From Hypanus sabinus (taxonomy: Eukaryota), in NCBI RefSeq assembly GCF_030144855.1, contig NC_082731.1, positions 20,956,001-21,020,000 on the forward strand: 64,000 bases of DNA, written 5' to 3'. Below, in pieces: positions 1 to 12,306 of the stretch. A program made the translations under genes and the position numbers. Positions within the stretch are counted from its first letter, which is position 1, and the number at the start of each line of letters is the position of its first letter. A model generated the notes under the pieces. That model was given only the letters and a program-made list of their open reading frames with translations. It had not been told where the DNA came from and ran no database searches.

Positions 1-109
1 CTTTTAGATTATATCCATGTTTTCCTGTAAGCCTTTGGCTTCTCTGTTAAAGTTCTCGTCACCAGCTCAAATTCCCAGGCACCCGCCACTCAGAAATAAA
101 TGTCCTGCA

Positions 110-1350
110 CATAAAGTCATAGGAAAAACAGGTCCTTCTTTCCATCTACTTCTTGCTGAACCGTTTAAACTGTCTACTCCTATCAACCGTCACCAGGGCC
201 TTAGCCTGCACAATTAGCCCATGATCTCTAACTGTAGTTGCACCCAACCTTGCTGGAAAAAGCCTACTTGCATTTAGCCAGTCTATACCCCTTATAATTT
301 TGGATACCTGCATCTAATTTCGCATCAATCTTTTACGTTTCAAAGAATACTGTCCTGACCTATACAGTCTTACCTTATAACTCAGGTCCTCCAGACACAG
401 CAGCATCCTTGTAAATTTTCTCTGCACTCCTTCAGCCTTATTTACACCATTCTTGTAGGTAGCTTACCAAAACTGCACACAATACTCCAAATTAGGCCTT
501 AACAATTTTCATACAACTTTAACATCCCATCTCCACTCCTCAATACTTTGATTTATGAAGGCAATGTAAAAAAAAAACTCGCTTTACAACCACTGTCGTA
601 TCTGCCGCCACCATCGTCCTTGACAGCCTATTCCAAGCATCTACCGCACTCCGTATTAAAAAAAACACTTCAATCATGAGTCACCTTCAAACTTTTAACT
701 TCTTAGCTTGAAGCTAAATCCTCTTTTGTTTGATCCTTTTGAGGACTCTGTTGTTCAGTGTCAACCATGGGTGTCCCTTCTTAACTGTCTAATAATTGTA
801 AGAGTAAGCATTCGGCTGGGAATAGAAGGGCTGAGTTGGCCTGTTTCCGTGCTGTAATTGTTATATGGTTATATAACAAGAGGAGAGGACATTAATTATT
901 ATGTTAGACATGTGGAGGCGTATGGAGCGAGATGGGATACGAATTATGATGAGGCAAGACAAGTGGTGCATGTTGACTCACAGTCTGCCATGTACGCTAT
1001 AGGTAGTAAGAGGGCTCTGTGGTGACGTGGGGAGGCTGATCCCGCAGTAGCGAAAATGCTTACACCGACGTCCCATTCCTGAATGGAATACGGGCTCGAA
1101 GTATGAAGAAATAAGGATGTGATATTTGCTGTCTTTTGATAACAGAGAGGAAATAAGAAACTTTGAAAACCTACTGCACAATACAAGCCCTTCGGCCCAC
1201 AAAGCTGTGACGAAAGTGTCCTTACCTCAGAACACCGAGGCTTACCCATAACCCTCTATTATCCAGAGCTCCCAGTATCCACCCGAGTTCTTGAAAGACC
1301 CTATCGCTTTAGCCAGCACCACCACTCACTGAGTAAAAGAAAACGTACCC
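110..1350. mobile_element. Cluster of decayed CR1-family LINE 3' fragments (mostly minus, one plus-strand tail at ~820-870)
   Basis: Recognisable CR1 3' motifs: 'caatactccaaattaggcctt', 'aagcccttcggcccacaaagctgtg', 'gcctgtttccgtgctgtaattgttatatggttata'. Paralogous clusters at ~21320-22755 and ~50810-52250. Confidence 0.65.
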
Positions 1351-2805
1351 CTGATAACTCCCCAAAAATTGAGGAAGAGAATCCCAATTCATCTCACGCC
1401 GAGGCTGTTGAAATGGTGTACACCAACAGTGGACAGGTAGGTCTGCAGATGCACCATGCAGTCACACTGGGCTCTGAAATAACTGGAAAGGAAGCTGAGC
1501 TCAGATAAGTGGCAGAGCGGTCAAGTTGCCGGAAGGCACAAGTAATCGATCGGTGTAACTTGACAAGATAGAGCTAGAGTGTCTTCCTCTGAAGAAGTAG
1601 ATGGTGGCGTAAGGAGGTCTCAAATAGTCAGGAGACCCCGGGAGAATATGTACATAACCCCTCGAGTTTGACGACTATCTCTCTCGTGAAATATGTCAAT
1701 ATATTTACAAATGTGATGGAGCTTCTGAGCGTATTCACAATTCCTTTGAAAACGGTGTTATTAATGAACGAATGACAAATCATTTCGAAGTGATCAAAAC
1801 ATTACTATTTTTGTGGGGTATAGTGAAAAGCCCTGGTTCCATTTTTAATTGTTATCCTGTTAGCATTAAATTTAGCAATTCAGGCAGAGCACCCAGTACT
1901 GCTTTCAGTCTTTCTGAATTATTCCTGAGGATAAGCGATGAAGAGGAATATGTGCCATCCAAAAAGGATGATAGAACATGGTTTTATTTTCTTTTTATAT
2001 ATATATCTACGTGCTATTGAGTACTACATTAGAGAATTCGTTATTAAAATAGCAAGGATTTTCGGTTGTCATATTCCTTCCATCTGCTGTACCAATATTT
2101 GTAATTTCGTTTTACCTTTGTTCATCGAACATCCCTAAAAGAATTTTGTTTCAATATTAGCATCGTAATGTAATTCAAGTGATATGTTATTCCTTGCTGG
2201 CTTCAGCTCCACGGTCACTGATTTCGTATCTACACTACCCTCCATGCAATATCCTCTGTGTTAAACAATGCTTCAGTTGAACTGCTGTTTCCTCACACAA
2301 AACCAACGCACAGAGATGTTATCAATGGGAAAAATGCTTGAGCTTTCTATCTTATGTATGTAATATATACTTCTATGAACGTCCGCCTGTTCTCTTTTCT
2401 CCCCCTGCGTCAAAATAATAAAAATATCTTTGGGCTAATCAGTGTCTCTTCTTTTTAATTGTCCCTTTAATAACCCTATGATTGCTTTAGTATGTGGACC
2501 AGTTCTGTCGCAAAGTGATAACATTTCTTTCTTTACATGGTCTTTCACGCTAATACTCACTGTAAGAAAAACTGGAAATTTCATATTCATAATTTAGTAA
2601 AATAATATTTATATTAAATCAATTGTGTCCAGCGTTCATGCAGGACACTCAATGTTTTAAAACCCTTCAACTATGCCTTCTGATGTTAGTTAGAATGTAT
2701 TTCTACATTGCTTTCCCAGCTCTGTTTCTTTTGATGAGCTCGCCCTCTTTCGAGCTCACATGAAATGTTTGAAAGTCTTTTGTTTTTCTTCAGTGTAAAT
2801 TATAC

Positions 2806-3318
2806 ATTTAATTTCGCAGGGGTACATGGCGGAGTAGGGTTTCAACAGAACAATTATGTATATTTTTGAAATGTCATACCATCGGTCTATTACCTCCCTT
2901 TGTTGATTTACTTTCTCTGCTGGAATCCCCAACAATAACTTTGGTTGTTGTCTGATCAGGAACACATCTGGGAGAGCACCACTTGGTTGAAAAGTTAAAT
3001 TAAAAACTGTCTTACTTTTTTCATGGATGGTTGTTCAACCGAGCAACAGTTCCACGATGTCGTGATGATCCCAGTGTAAGTATAAAATAAATAATAAATC
3101 ATAATCGACAATTCCAACAAACTGCAAACTTAAATAGAATAGGCGTCGAACAAGGGTGTTTGAAAAATATCTAGAGTATTTTCAAACATTACGGTACTAT
3201 TCCAGGGTACCTTCCGGTATTACAGTAGCATTCTAGATTAATGTCGGTTATTACAATGAGGTTAAAACTTTCCGAGGAGGAACATAATTGTGAGGAGCGG
3301 TGGGAACCGTCCTTTTAC
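2806..3318 (-). pseudogene. Relic TCR V gene (ancient pseudogene, unit A)
   Basis: Track ORF 2756-2965 reads RQQPKLLLGIPAEKVNQQREVIDRWYDISKIY...YSAMYPC, homologous to the intact RQQPQYLIRIIGKIVNRNEDVTDR...YDDSIKY...DSATYLC. Leader-like block at 3273-3318 with ATG and donor mutated; acceptor AG>AC at 3076-3077; ~12-bp deletion removes WYRQ. Confidence 0.8.
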
Positions 3319-4399
3319 AATAACGTTCCCCGACTCTGTAATTCCAGAGTAGTCCAGTGGAAACGGGATGTCGGATTGAAAATACAGCAAAATCTGATTA
3401 TTTCAACCAACCGCAAGAGCAATCTAACAGTATCAAATCTGTGACAAATGCTTTCAATCGTAGTGCAAGATTCGATAGGTCAGTTCTCAACCGGCAAAAA
3501 TAGGTAAAAATTGAGTAAAATGTTTGTGCGCCAACATTAGCTGCACAGTGCTGCTCGGCGGTGAGCGAAATGAATTTAGCTGGAGGCCATCTTGGAGAAG
3601 ACTGCCAGCAAACTTCGCTTGCACGTCGAGGCAGATTATAACAGAAGTATGAAAGGAAATGACACGAAGTAAGTGTTCCAAAAAACAGATAGCAACAGGC
3701 AGTAAACATCTCTAGTGATTTCAGGCAGAAAATAGGGAATTAGATTTCATATATAAACGCTGAAACGAACTAGAACTTCTTCTGCGCAACATTTCTCCGT
3801 CTCTCTGTGGTGTCTGCGAATAAAGCCTTTCTCTAAATTACTTCAGAACTTATCGAAAAGATAGTAGCGTTGATTATTTGTGTAGACGTCTTTGAGACAT
3901 GAAGGAAGCCAAGATTTTATTTGGTCCAGTTGCTTGCAGTGGCACTGAGTATTTGCACACACTCCTTACTGGGAAATCGATGGTAGTGGCGTTTTCAGTT
4001 CGTCCTGCTATCGTGCACACCACTGAAAATGATAACATTTATATTGTCTCCGTTCTCCTTAGATGTTTGCTAGATTGCACTTGCACAAGATGATGTGATT
4101 TGCTGAGTCCTCTCAACGAGCTGGAGCTCCGCTTTTATTCAGCATGCAGTGTTTCTGAGCGTAATGTATTACCCAATTAAAGTATGATGTAAAGGCGGAA
4201 GTACAACAATTCCAACAGGTATTTATGTTTCTTCTCGGTCGACGTGAATCCATGGCTATAGTTGCCGACAGTCAAATTAAAAAAAAATAATCCAGTCATC
4301 AACACATTCCTGATTATTCTGCGTACGAACGGTTATATCTGCATAGAAATTTCAAAAATACTAAATACAAGTGATGCAGTCTTTAACTGAATCATTGTC

Positions 4400-5580
4400 A
4401 AATGTCTCAATATTTGGCACATAAGGAACTATTTCTTCATTGCTTTATGATTGTCGTCGCATTCTATAGGTCGTGGATATATTATATAACAGTCTGAGGA
4501 ATAATTACAATCAGTTGTCTCAGCCATCGTGTGCTAGGAGCCGATCATTTTACATCTAATGTTGGATTCACAATATCAGTATCGGGATGTCTTTCAGCTC
4601 AGCCATCAGCATTGTTCAGCTTTAATCAACAAATCCAAATCCTGGTTCTCAGATCCTCCTCCTGCAACTTGGTTAGATCTCATAAACGGGACACGCGCTG
4701 GTAAACCAATTGGAAAGAAAATCTCATCGCCGCTGACGATCAACAGCGCCGCAATGCAATCATACGTCCTCGACCCTGACAGCAAACACGATTCTGATGC
4801 TTCGCAGAACTCTAATCTCTTCGTTAAATTTAACGGCAAAATAGATATTGTTTGCATGATTTCAGATAGTGACAAAGAGACGTTCGGCAGCTATACAGAT
4901 CAACTGCTTAAGTGCTGTCTCAGTAAGACCAAAGTTAATTTTCCACTTCAGTAACGGAAGGCGATGGAACAGATACCAATCTTAATCGAGGAATCAGAAC
5001 TTTTAAAGGATAAGCAATTTGGAATGCTGGACTGTCAACATCTCTGTGGATTTATATTTAGCACAATTACAAAGAAGGCATTACGGGGCTAAATGTCAGA
5101 GAAGGCCTGAGAATTGGTCCTCCATCAAATACACACAGTATTTTCTAGAAACATATGGGGACCATTATAACTGGTTGCGTCTGTGTCTTGTATGGTAGGG
5201 AACTGCACAGGAACAAAGTAAAACAAAGAAAATAACCACAGAACATTTTACACTCAGCCAGTTTCATCATTAATATAGCAATCAATAGAATCCAGGATAG
5301 CTGTAGAAGGCGGTACTTTGAATAAAGGAGTCATAGAGTACTCCTCCCTAGTTACCTTCACCGAGGAATGCCGTCACACTTAACCTTTCAAGAATTTGCC
5401 GTCAGATTTCCGAGTAGATAATCAGCACAAAACACTGCCTTAGTATCTCCCCCCTCACTTTTTGCACTGCTATTTTTATTATTTATTAAATATATACTTC
5501 TTGTGGTAATGCATCATAAATGTTATGCATTGCAATGCACTTCTTACCAACAGAACAAATTACACGTCAGAATCTCGAGG
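4400..5580 (+). mobile_element. Decayed Rex1/Babar-type LINE (RT C-terminal half and 3' UTR)
   Basis: ORF 4559-4954 contains GKKISSPLTIN and ISDSDKETFGSYTDQL, matching Rex1/Babar RT motifs (GNNISSSLTINTGAPQG, ISDGDEEAYRSEIDQL); 3' UTR ends in 'cagaatct'. Confidence 0.7.
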
Positions 5581-8045
5581 AGCCATGTGAGACATGTGCG
5601 TAATTTCATAATCAATTTATCTTAAAGTTTGAAGTTTCAGCTGAACTATTTAACTCCGACAAATTTTGAATCAGTCTCCTTAAAACAAATTATAATAGGA
5701 TTAATAATCTTTACACTGAGGTCATTCAGACCACATCGTGGAAATGTTTTATGCCGGTGCATTCCTGCGCAACCTATGACACACTGTAGAAATCTCTCCA
5801 CAAACTGTGAGCATTAAAATCGTCATCTGTGTCTCCTCAAGGAAGAAAAATCATCGTATTTCCTTTGCCGTTTTTTTGCTGTTGTTGTTTCATTTGAAGG
5901 GAGATTGAAAACTGATGAAATACGATCTTGCCTGCTCATACAGTGGAAATGGATGAGTGAAACACACTTTAGTGTCTGTAATTTGCCTTATCTGCTATTC
6001 CAAAATATGCGCTCTGTGCACAAGCGAGTATGTGATTAGTAAATATAACACGATCACCTCATATATACTGGAGAAGCAATCTGCGAGTATATGAAAATTA
6101 TGAGCTGAAGAAGATCAGCCGTTTCCGATCACTACTTAGTGGGATCACAATGGGCTATCTACTTTTGAATTGATAGTGAAAACCTGCCATAGACCAGCAA
6201 TTTAAATTATTGGGAGCAGATGAATCTGCTGGTTACACGGCTCAGACTCCACTGTCGGTGAAATGTAGTAAATATAATAGTGGCGTCTCACCAATAGTAA
6301 CGTACACATTTATTCGTGTTTCAGGGGAAGTCTGGAACTTTTTGTAAATTAAATTCTTGTCGAGATTTGCAGAAAGCATATTGGTGGACAAAAAGCTGCT
6401 TTATTGGGTTTCCTTTTGCTTCCTTTTTAGCTGTGAGAGTAACGGCCTGATGGGAAAGAAATGCAAAATAATGCATGGCCTCTTTCAGCTTCCTTAGTTC
6501 TACCTCGCGCAACAATTGCAAGTAGCCACGTCAGATATTAGCTCAATAACAATGCTCAGACGAGGTTAAAAACTAAGTGACTACACCGTTCAATCCTGTT
6601 GCGTTTGGTGACCATATATTTGGGCATGGATTACAAAAACCTTCTCAGTTATGACTGGATTGGAGGAGGAGGCATCTATCGAATGGAAGAATGTGACAAA
6701 CATCGGCTTATTAACTGAGGCATGCAAATTGAACTGAAGTGATAAGAATTTAACAGATTTATTAACAGTGAGTCCAGCTAAAGAAATGTATTTATTTCGC
6801 AAAATGAGAAAAGGCAAGGTATTTAAAATCTATTTTTAGGTTTGAAATGATAAATGTTATATTTTCTTGTGGCTATTTTCTCAGTGACCCAAAACAGAAA
6901 ATACAACTTTCCAGTACAAGGTACTTGTATCATGATAAAAGCAGCTTATTATATATTTCACGAACTTCGACAAAATGGAATGTACAGACAGTGGGGCAAT
7001 TTGCCAGTTGAAGACGGATTCATCAAAATGTGTCGTACAGTGTCTTCTGATCGTAGATTAAAATTATCAATTGAACGAGGGAATACAGATGGGAGAATTT
7101 TAGGAAAAATTAGATGACGAGTTTCTAAATCTGAATATACAGTCAACGTTCAACTGAGAGATTATTTACAATTATCGTGCATATCCAATACGTAGTTTTT
7201 GGTGGATAGGCTCTGTAAGGTCATTCAAAATGTTCAATAGTCTTGATAGGTTAGAACGTGTATAATGATTCATTTAGAGTCTCTTACTGTGAATGTTGCA
7301 AAAAACAAGTACATTGCTTCAAACAATGAAGACGCATGGTTTCATACGTACTCAGAATTAAGTGACCTAATTTCTGAGAGCAAACGCAATTCATATTGCC
7401 AATTGTACAGTGCTTTGGCTTTTAACAGTAGTCAATCGAAATATATTGCGAACGTTTTCTTATGTCTGTGCACGAATGAAAACTGTCGGTAAACGCAATG
7501 GATCGTGACTCAGATCACCGCAGGTTGCAAATACACAGCGTTTATTTATATCGGAAACAATCTGACGCTGGCGTTTAAATAGGTAAATCTCGCGAAAATA
7601 AACGAGATTCAACAAACCGATCCCGCAATGTTCGATTGATTCCTTGACTGAAATCAAAAGCCACATGATTGTTTCTGAGTGATTTCACTAAACGATAGCT
7701 TCTTCACATTTTGAAGTATAATGTTGACTGGATATGTGCGATATTTATGGCCAAGTTTTGCCCCTTTCTATATTAAAATTCCCATTAAAAGGATTCATAG
7801 ATCCGTACTGATCATTATGTCAGCTTCCGATGTGGAATTGTGAATGTTCAGTGAAATTAAGTAACACATAGGACTTACTGAAGATAGATTGTCTTCGATG
7901 AAATTTTAAGCCATCGAAGCACAAAAAAATCCATTGAAAATGCCAGGTGGGTACGTCACTGGTGATAGATTTCGTTGTGACATCATATGAGAGCATGACA
8001 CTATACCTTTAGAATTCATTTAACATTTACATTAACCTTGATTTG

Positions 8046-8061
8046 TTCACCCCCTATCGAG
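8046..8061 (-). promoter_or_regulatory. RSS-distal CTCF-like motif of V1 (degenerate copy)
   Basis: Minus strand CTCGATAGGGGGTGAA, 23 bp beyond the nonamer; GGC>GGT change relative to V2-V4. Confidence 0.4.
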
Positions 8062-8084
8062 CTCTCGAAGAAACTGTGAAAGTG

Positions 8085-8122
8085 GATTATTGTTTGAGAT
8101 AGTTGAGTTTTTTAACACCGTG
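8085..8122 (-). other. V1 recombination signal sequence (CACGGTG-22-ACAATAATC, degenerate)
   Basis: Heptamer 8116-8122, spacer 22 nt, nonamer 8085-8093 with two mismatches to ACAAAAACC. Confidence 0.85.
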
Positions 8123-8600
8123 TGCTCATCGCGCAGAGGTACGTGGCTGAGTCAGAGATTATGGCGTTCTTATTCGAGAGTTCGGCATATTTTTTACTGC
8201 TATGATAGGAAGCAGATAATCGGTCGGTCTCATCTTCATTTCGGTTTATCATCCTTCCGATGATCCGAATCAAATATTGCGGTCGCTGTCAGGGGCGCTG
8301 CCTGTACCAGAAATCAATCGAGGATGCATCATTTGTTCTTAAAGTACAGGTTAGGGTCATCGTCCGTCCTTCTTCTATTGCCATTGCATCCAATGACAGT
8401 TCTACGGTGTCTTGAATGTTCCAATCTAGCAGTAAAATTAAACACAAATGATAATAAGCTCTACTTCGAACAACATGGATAAGTAAATAGATAATAAAAC
8501 GTGTTTACAGAGAATTAGGCCGGACTGGAATGTTACAGTGAAGGAACATCTTACCCAGAAAAAACACAACAATGAGAAGCGGCGTGAGACAGGTCTTCAT
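8123..8600 (-). pseudogene. TCR alpha/delta-type V gene V1, nonsense pseudogene
   Basis: Leader exon 8555-8600 (MKTCLTPLLIVVFFL), GT-AG intron 8426-8554, V exon 8123-8425: WNIQDTVELS...LTCTLRTNDASSIDFWYRQRP*QRPQY...DSATYLCAMS. In-frame TGA at 8289-8291, where paralogues have AGA or GGA. Confidence 0.92.
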
Positions 8601-8659
8601 AATCATCCCGTTTGACTCTGACCTCCCGCGAGCATACAGTGCAGACTCATTGCCAGAGG

Positions 8660-8766
8660 ATAAATACACGTACCCTTGAACAAACCGACCAATCACATCA
8701 GGCAACGCAGGTGCTGAATCTCTAAAGACATAATAGGTCAAGGCGTTCAGACGTAGCGCAGGAAAT
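8660..8766 (-). promoter_or_regulatory. V1 proximal promoter motifs (TATA-like, CCAAT box, Ets-like CAGGAAAT)
   Basis: TATTTAT at 8660-8666, CCAAT at 8689-8693, CAGGAAAT at 8759-8766. CCAAT is conserved at 28184, 38032 and 61548; the Ets-like motif at 38103 and 61621. Confidence 0.5.
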
Positions 8767-9225
8767 GATATTTTGCGAGCCCGATCGTAGACATGCACAA
8801 CAAAGGAGTCAAGCACTTTACGAGCTGAAATTTAACTCCGCAGCGCCACGCATATGCGAAGGAATGCGGAGCAGCCGGGATTCTCGTGGCGAACACTGTC
8901 AATAAATTCCGCTTGCTCATCGAGACAGAGTAAACGGGAGTGTAACGAACTGTGAGTGCAGCAAAAGATGCAATAACAGTCTTTACTCATCCATGATGTG
9001 CATTTCTGGCAGAAGTTAGAAACGGCAGAATTGATCCGAAAAGCAGAAATGAGCACGCTGCGATACTTCGACGTGTTCACATGCAAAAAATGAAAGTAGC
9101 TTTTCTCTGAATACCTTACCAGTTAATTAGGTGTATAGAAGTAGTGATTTTTAGTGTATAGCGTGCTGTTACGTGAAGGAAACACTGAGTTCATGTTACA
9201 TCACCAGGAGCAAAGAAAATATATT

Positions 9226-9241
9226 TCACCAGATGGCAGCA
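9226..9241 (+). promoter_or_regulatory. Upstream CTCF-like motif of V1
   Basis: TCACCAGATGGCAGCA, a close match to the CTCF core CCACCAGRKGGCAG; 626 bp upstream of the ATG; conserved in all four units. Confidence 0.6.
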
Positions 9242-12200
9242 AAAATTAAGTAATTCCCTCACTTGGACTCTTCATACTTCGATTTTGGCAAGTTTCCTCG
9301 ACAGCTGTGTTCCCAATGTTTCCGTCTTTTATAATTTTCATGTGAAATGAAAATAATCAATTTACGTCAGTAACTGCAGACAAAAGATAGTCTGTCTTTT
9401 GATGCAGATTTGTTCTTTCGTAAACTTGGGCTGAAAACTCTCGATGATCAAGTTGATCGATATAAAGGAACGATACAGATACGTAAATAGTAACGTCACG
9501 ATATGGAACAATGCCTCCTTTCCAGATTGTTGAGATTAATCAACAAAACTGTTGCCTAATTTGAATGAATTTCTCACGCACCATTTTTCTGAGTTAGAGA
9601 CTGAGAAAGAGTCAAATAAAACCAGATCCACGTTTTTTAGCGATTTTGCAGCAGGATCTGTTGTAGTACCAACCAAGTGGAATTTTTCCGCAAGGTTTGA
9701 TTAATGAATCACAAGTCGCAAAGATCAAGAACCAATTTGGGACACTGGAATGCGAGGTCTTGGTCTTGGACAGCTGTGTGTGTCGCTCAATATCGGCAAG
9801 AGGTAAGAGAGTTTTAATTATCATAAAACCTCGAGGTATCGGAGGTAAACAAATTACCCATTAAGAGAGGCGTTGTGGAAAATTGCAAGTCATGTATATT
9901 GAACCAAATCGTCGACTGTATGACAATCAGGTAACACCCAAACGAATAGTGTTTTCAAATATTGACGTTCTCCAAATCAAGGACTTTGAAAGTGCATTCT
10001 ACCTCGCCGTGTTTTACAATAACTCATATATCATCATACTCTGACTCAGAAACTATTTGCTTTAATTTAAAATAAATTTTCGAACGAAGGCCGATCTCAT
10101 ACAGTGTATATATTTTGAGAAATTAACGGTCTTCGATGTGAACTTGGTCAATATGTCTTTGTAAAGTGACAGAAGTTATGTTGAGTAGGAGGTTCATTCT
10201 GATGAATTCTACTAATTCTCTATGTTTGACTCTTTTCACATCTTCAGATAGGTTCGCGTACAAGGGCACTGCATGGTTTTGTTCAATTCAACAGTTTCAA
10301 AGTTACATAAATCTTCCTGAATTTCACAAATGAAAGACAACTTGAAACAAACATCCACATTATCACACAGCATCTCTGCAGTGCCAGGAAGACTTCATGC
10401 TATTCGTGTTATATCTGACATTCTGTTCAAAAGTATTACGACCCAGTGTAATATGCAGAGCTAGTGACAACCGTGCAACTGAGACCCGAGTATTAATAAT
10501 AATTGTTAGGGAACCCTTCAGAATAAGGAGACAATTAACTAATAATCGAAGTTTAATCTAATATCATCAGACATTTTTGAGTATTTTTTTCACTGCAATT
10601 TTTATTGTTTCGCTCTTACTATGACGCCTATGGACTATGTTGATGCAACTTTATTACACAGGGTTCATACGTCGTTTCAAATAGGGAATTAATTCAGGCA
10701 GACATGGAAAATAAAAAAAATAAAGAACTTATACGGTAAGTACCTATGTGCCTCGTGACTGTTTCATTTTCAGCTTTGACGAAGCATTCTATCCCAAGAA
10801 GTTACAAAAACAGGAAAACATGTTTAATATTTTGGTTCAATTAAAGAGCGTTATTAATAGCTCATCTTTTATTAGCTATGGAAACAAACAAGAGGGTTAA
10901 AAAAACAGGTTTATATCAGGAAATGAGAGCGTCCCGAATGAAAGAAGGTCTCATAGTGAACTCAGCTCAATCCAGAAGTGAATAATTTTCCTCAATTTAG
11001 AATGAATTATTTAATTTTTATCTAACTTCTCCAAGCTTACATTTCTTTCTCTGCTGTTTTTTAAACAAATTTAATTACAATATCTTTCATTCAAATTATT
11101 TCTAAATGTAAATAAGTTATGGCACGAACAATCAAATAGATGGTTCTGGAGATAAAAGAATAAATAACCAATCAGATCAAAACAATCTAATGGGGTATAA
11201 AACGATTCAGCAGATACAGCGTCTCATTATGACACTACAGAAATGAGACACCTGCCACCGGAGAGCGCGATTATTCAGGAACATTCCAAAACGATTGTTA
11301 ACTCGACAGTTACTCTCACTTCCAGTTAGGCAATATCTGCTTTTCGAATGGTTGTACCCTCTGGGACATCAGATTCCTTCCAAGTAATATCGTCGATAGT
11401 GTATTTTGTGCTCCGATACTGAAATGTTCAAAATAATCTTTATAATATAGGTTCTCATAGCATGTCTCTGTTCATGTTATGAAATTGATGCTCAACATGT
11501 AAGACGAGCAAAAATATAGATTTCTAAATGAAAAAAAGGTAATTTGTAATCAAATCCCTGTCGCAAACAACTGTTTCCTGCCGTTAACGGATTCACGATG
11601 CCTGAGTTGGAGTGTCGCTATGTGCAAAGCAAGAATCGGATAACTAAGGTGCAATCCATTTCTGCTTCTGAACACGCTTACCCTCCTGCAGCTTCACTGT
11701 GAACACTAGGTAGAAATTAATTTTAATTCGACAAAATAAATGATGTATAATCGGATATGATGTTAAGGTAATTTTTTGTCACCTTTAAAACAGAAGAAGG
11801 GTTAACCAATCGACCCAGTAATGAAGGAGCTCCCGGGATGCATTGTAATCAGATTGTTGGGTTCTGCCAAAACACAAATTGCGTGAGCGTTTAGTTGAAT
11901 TTATCTGTCATCCTCAGCCGTTGGATAAATTCTTTTTCAATCTTTTTATTAAATTTCATATATAAAAAAAAACAACACATAATAATGAATAGATTACATA
12001 TTCAATAAACTTGAGATTATATTAGTAATAGGATAATAATATCCTATTAAACATCAATCAACAAAAGGTACATAAATCAATCAAGTCTATATAAATATAT
12101 ATGAAAAAAAACAAAAATAATCATCGAAAAAAGAAAAAAAAATTGAAATTATATATGAGAAAAAATATATATTGAAAAAAATACTAAACTAAACTAACAT

Positions 12201-12306
12201 GGGCAATAATAGCACTTTATAAATATATGAAGGTGTCAAGAAAAGAACTCCGGAACTCCATACCTGAACAAGGATAAGTAGAGAAAAGGATCTGAAATAG
12301 GCCAAA

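Noticed and set aside
944-1249. ORF ending TCTTCLASS as a TCR beta V end
   Set aside because: No Ig-fold Cys/Trp pattern and no RSS; it lies among CR1 fragments.
3544-3550. Plus-strand CACAGTG heptamers (3544, 29903 and paralogues) as cryptic RSS or D segments
   Set aside because: No nonamer at 12 or 23 bp; not conserved in all copies.
4559-4954. Paired 131-aa and 177-aa ORFs (4559, 24193) as a novel conserved protein
   Set aside because: They translate to Rex1/Babar RT motifs; differences between the copies are largely non-synonymous, as expected for neutral decay.
6633-6641. Perfect ACAAAAACC nonamers (6633, 34297)
   Set aside because: No CAC heptamer at 12 or 23 bp spacing (nearest CAC is at 26-27 bp in paralogues).
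8505-8816. Recurring ORFs running through the V leaders (8505, 28000, 37848, 61335) as N-terminal extensions
   Set aside because: They start at non-ATG codons in promoter DNA and read into the intron; the real start gives a standard 46-nt leader exon.
10140-10450. Possible third, older V relic (GTAACTTTGAAACTGT ~ VTLNC; TTGTAC ~ WY)
   Set aside because: Motif spacings disagree with a V exon by 50-90 nt, there is no leader at the expected distance, and the motifs are lost in unit D; likely chance.
11255-11268. CCACCGGAGAGCGC as another CTCF site
   Set aside because: Two core mismatches and not conserved in the B or C paralogues.
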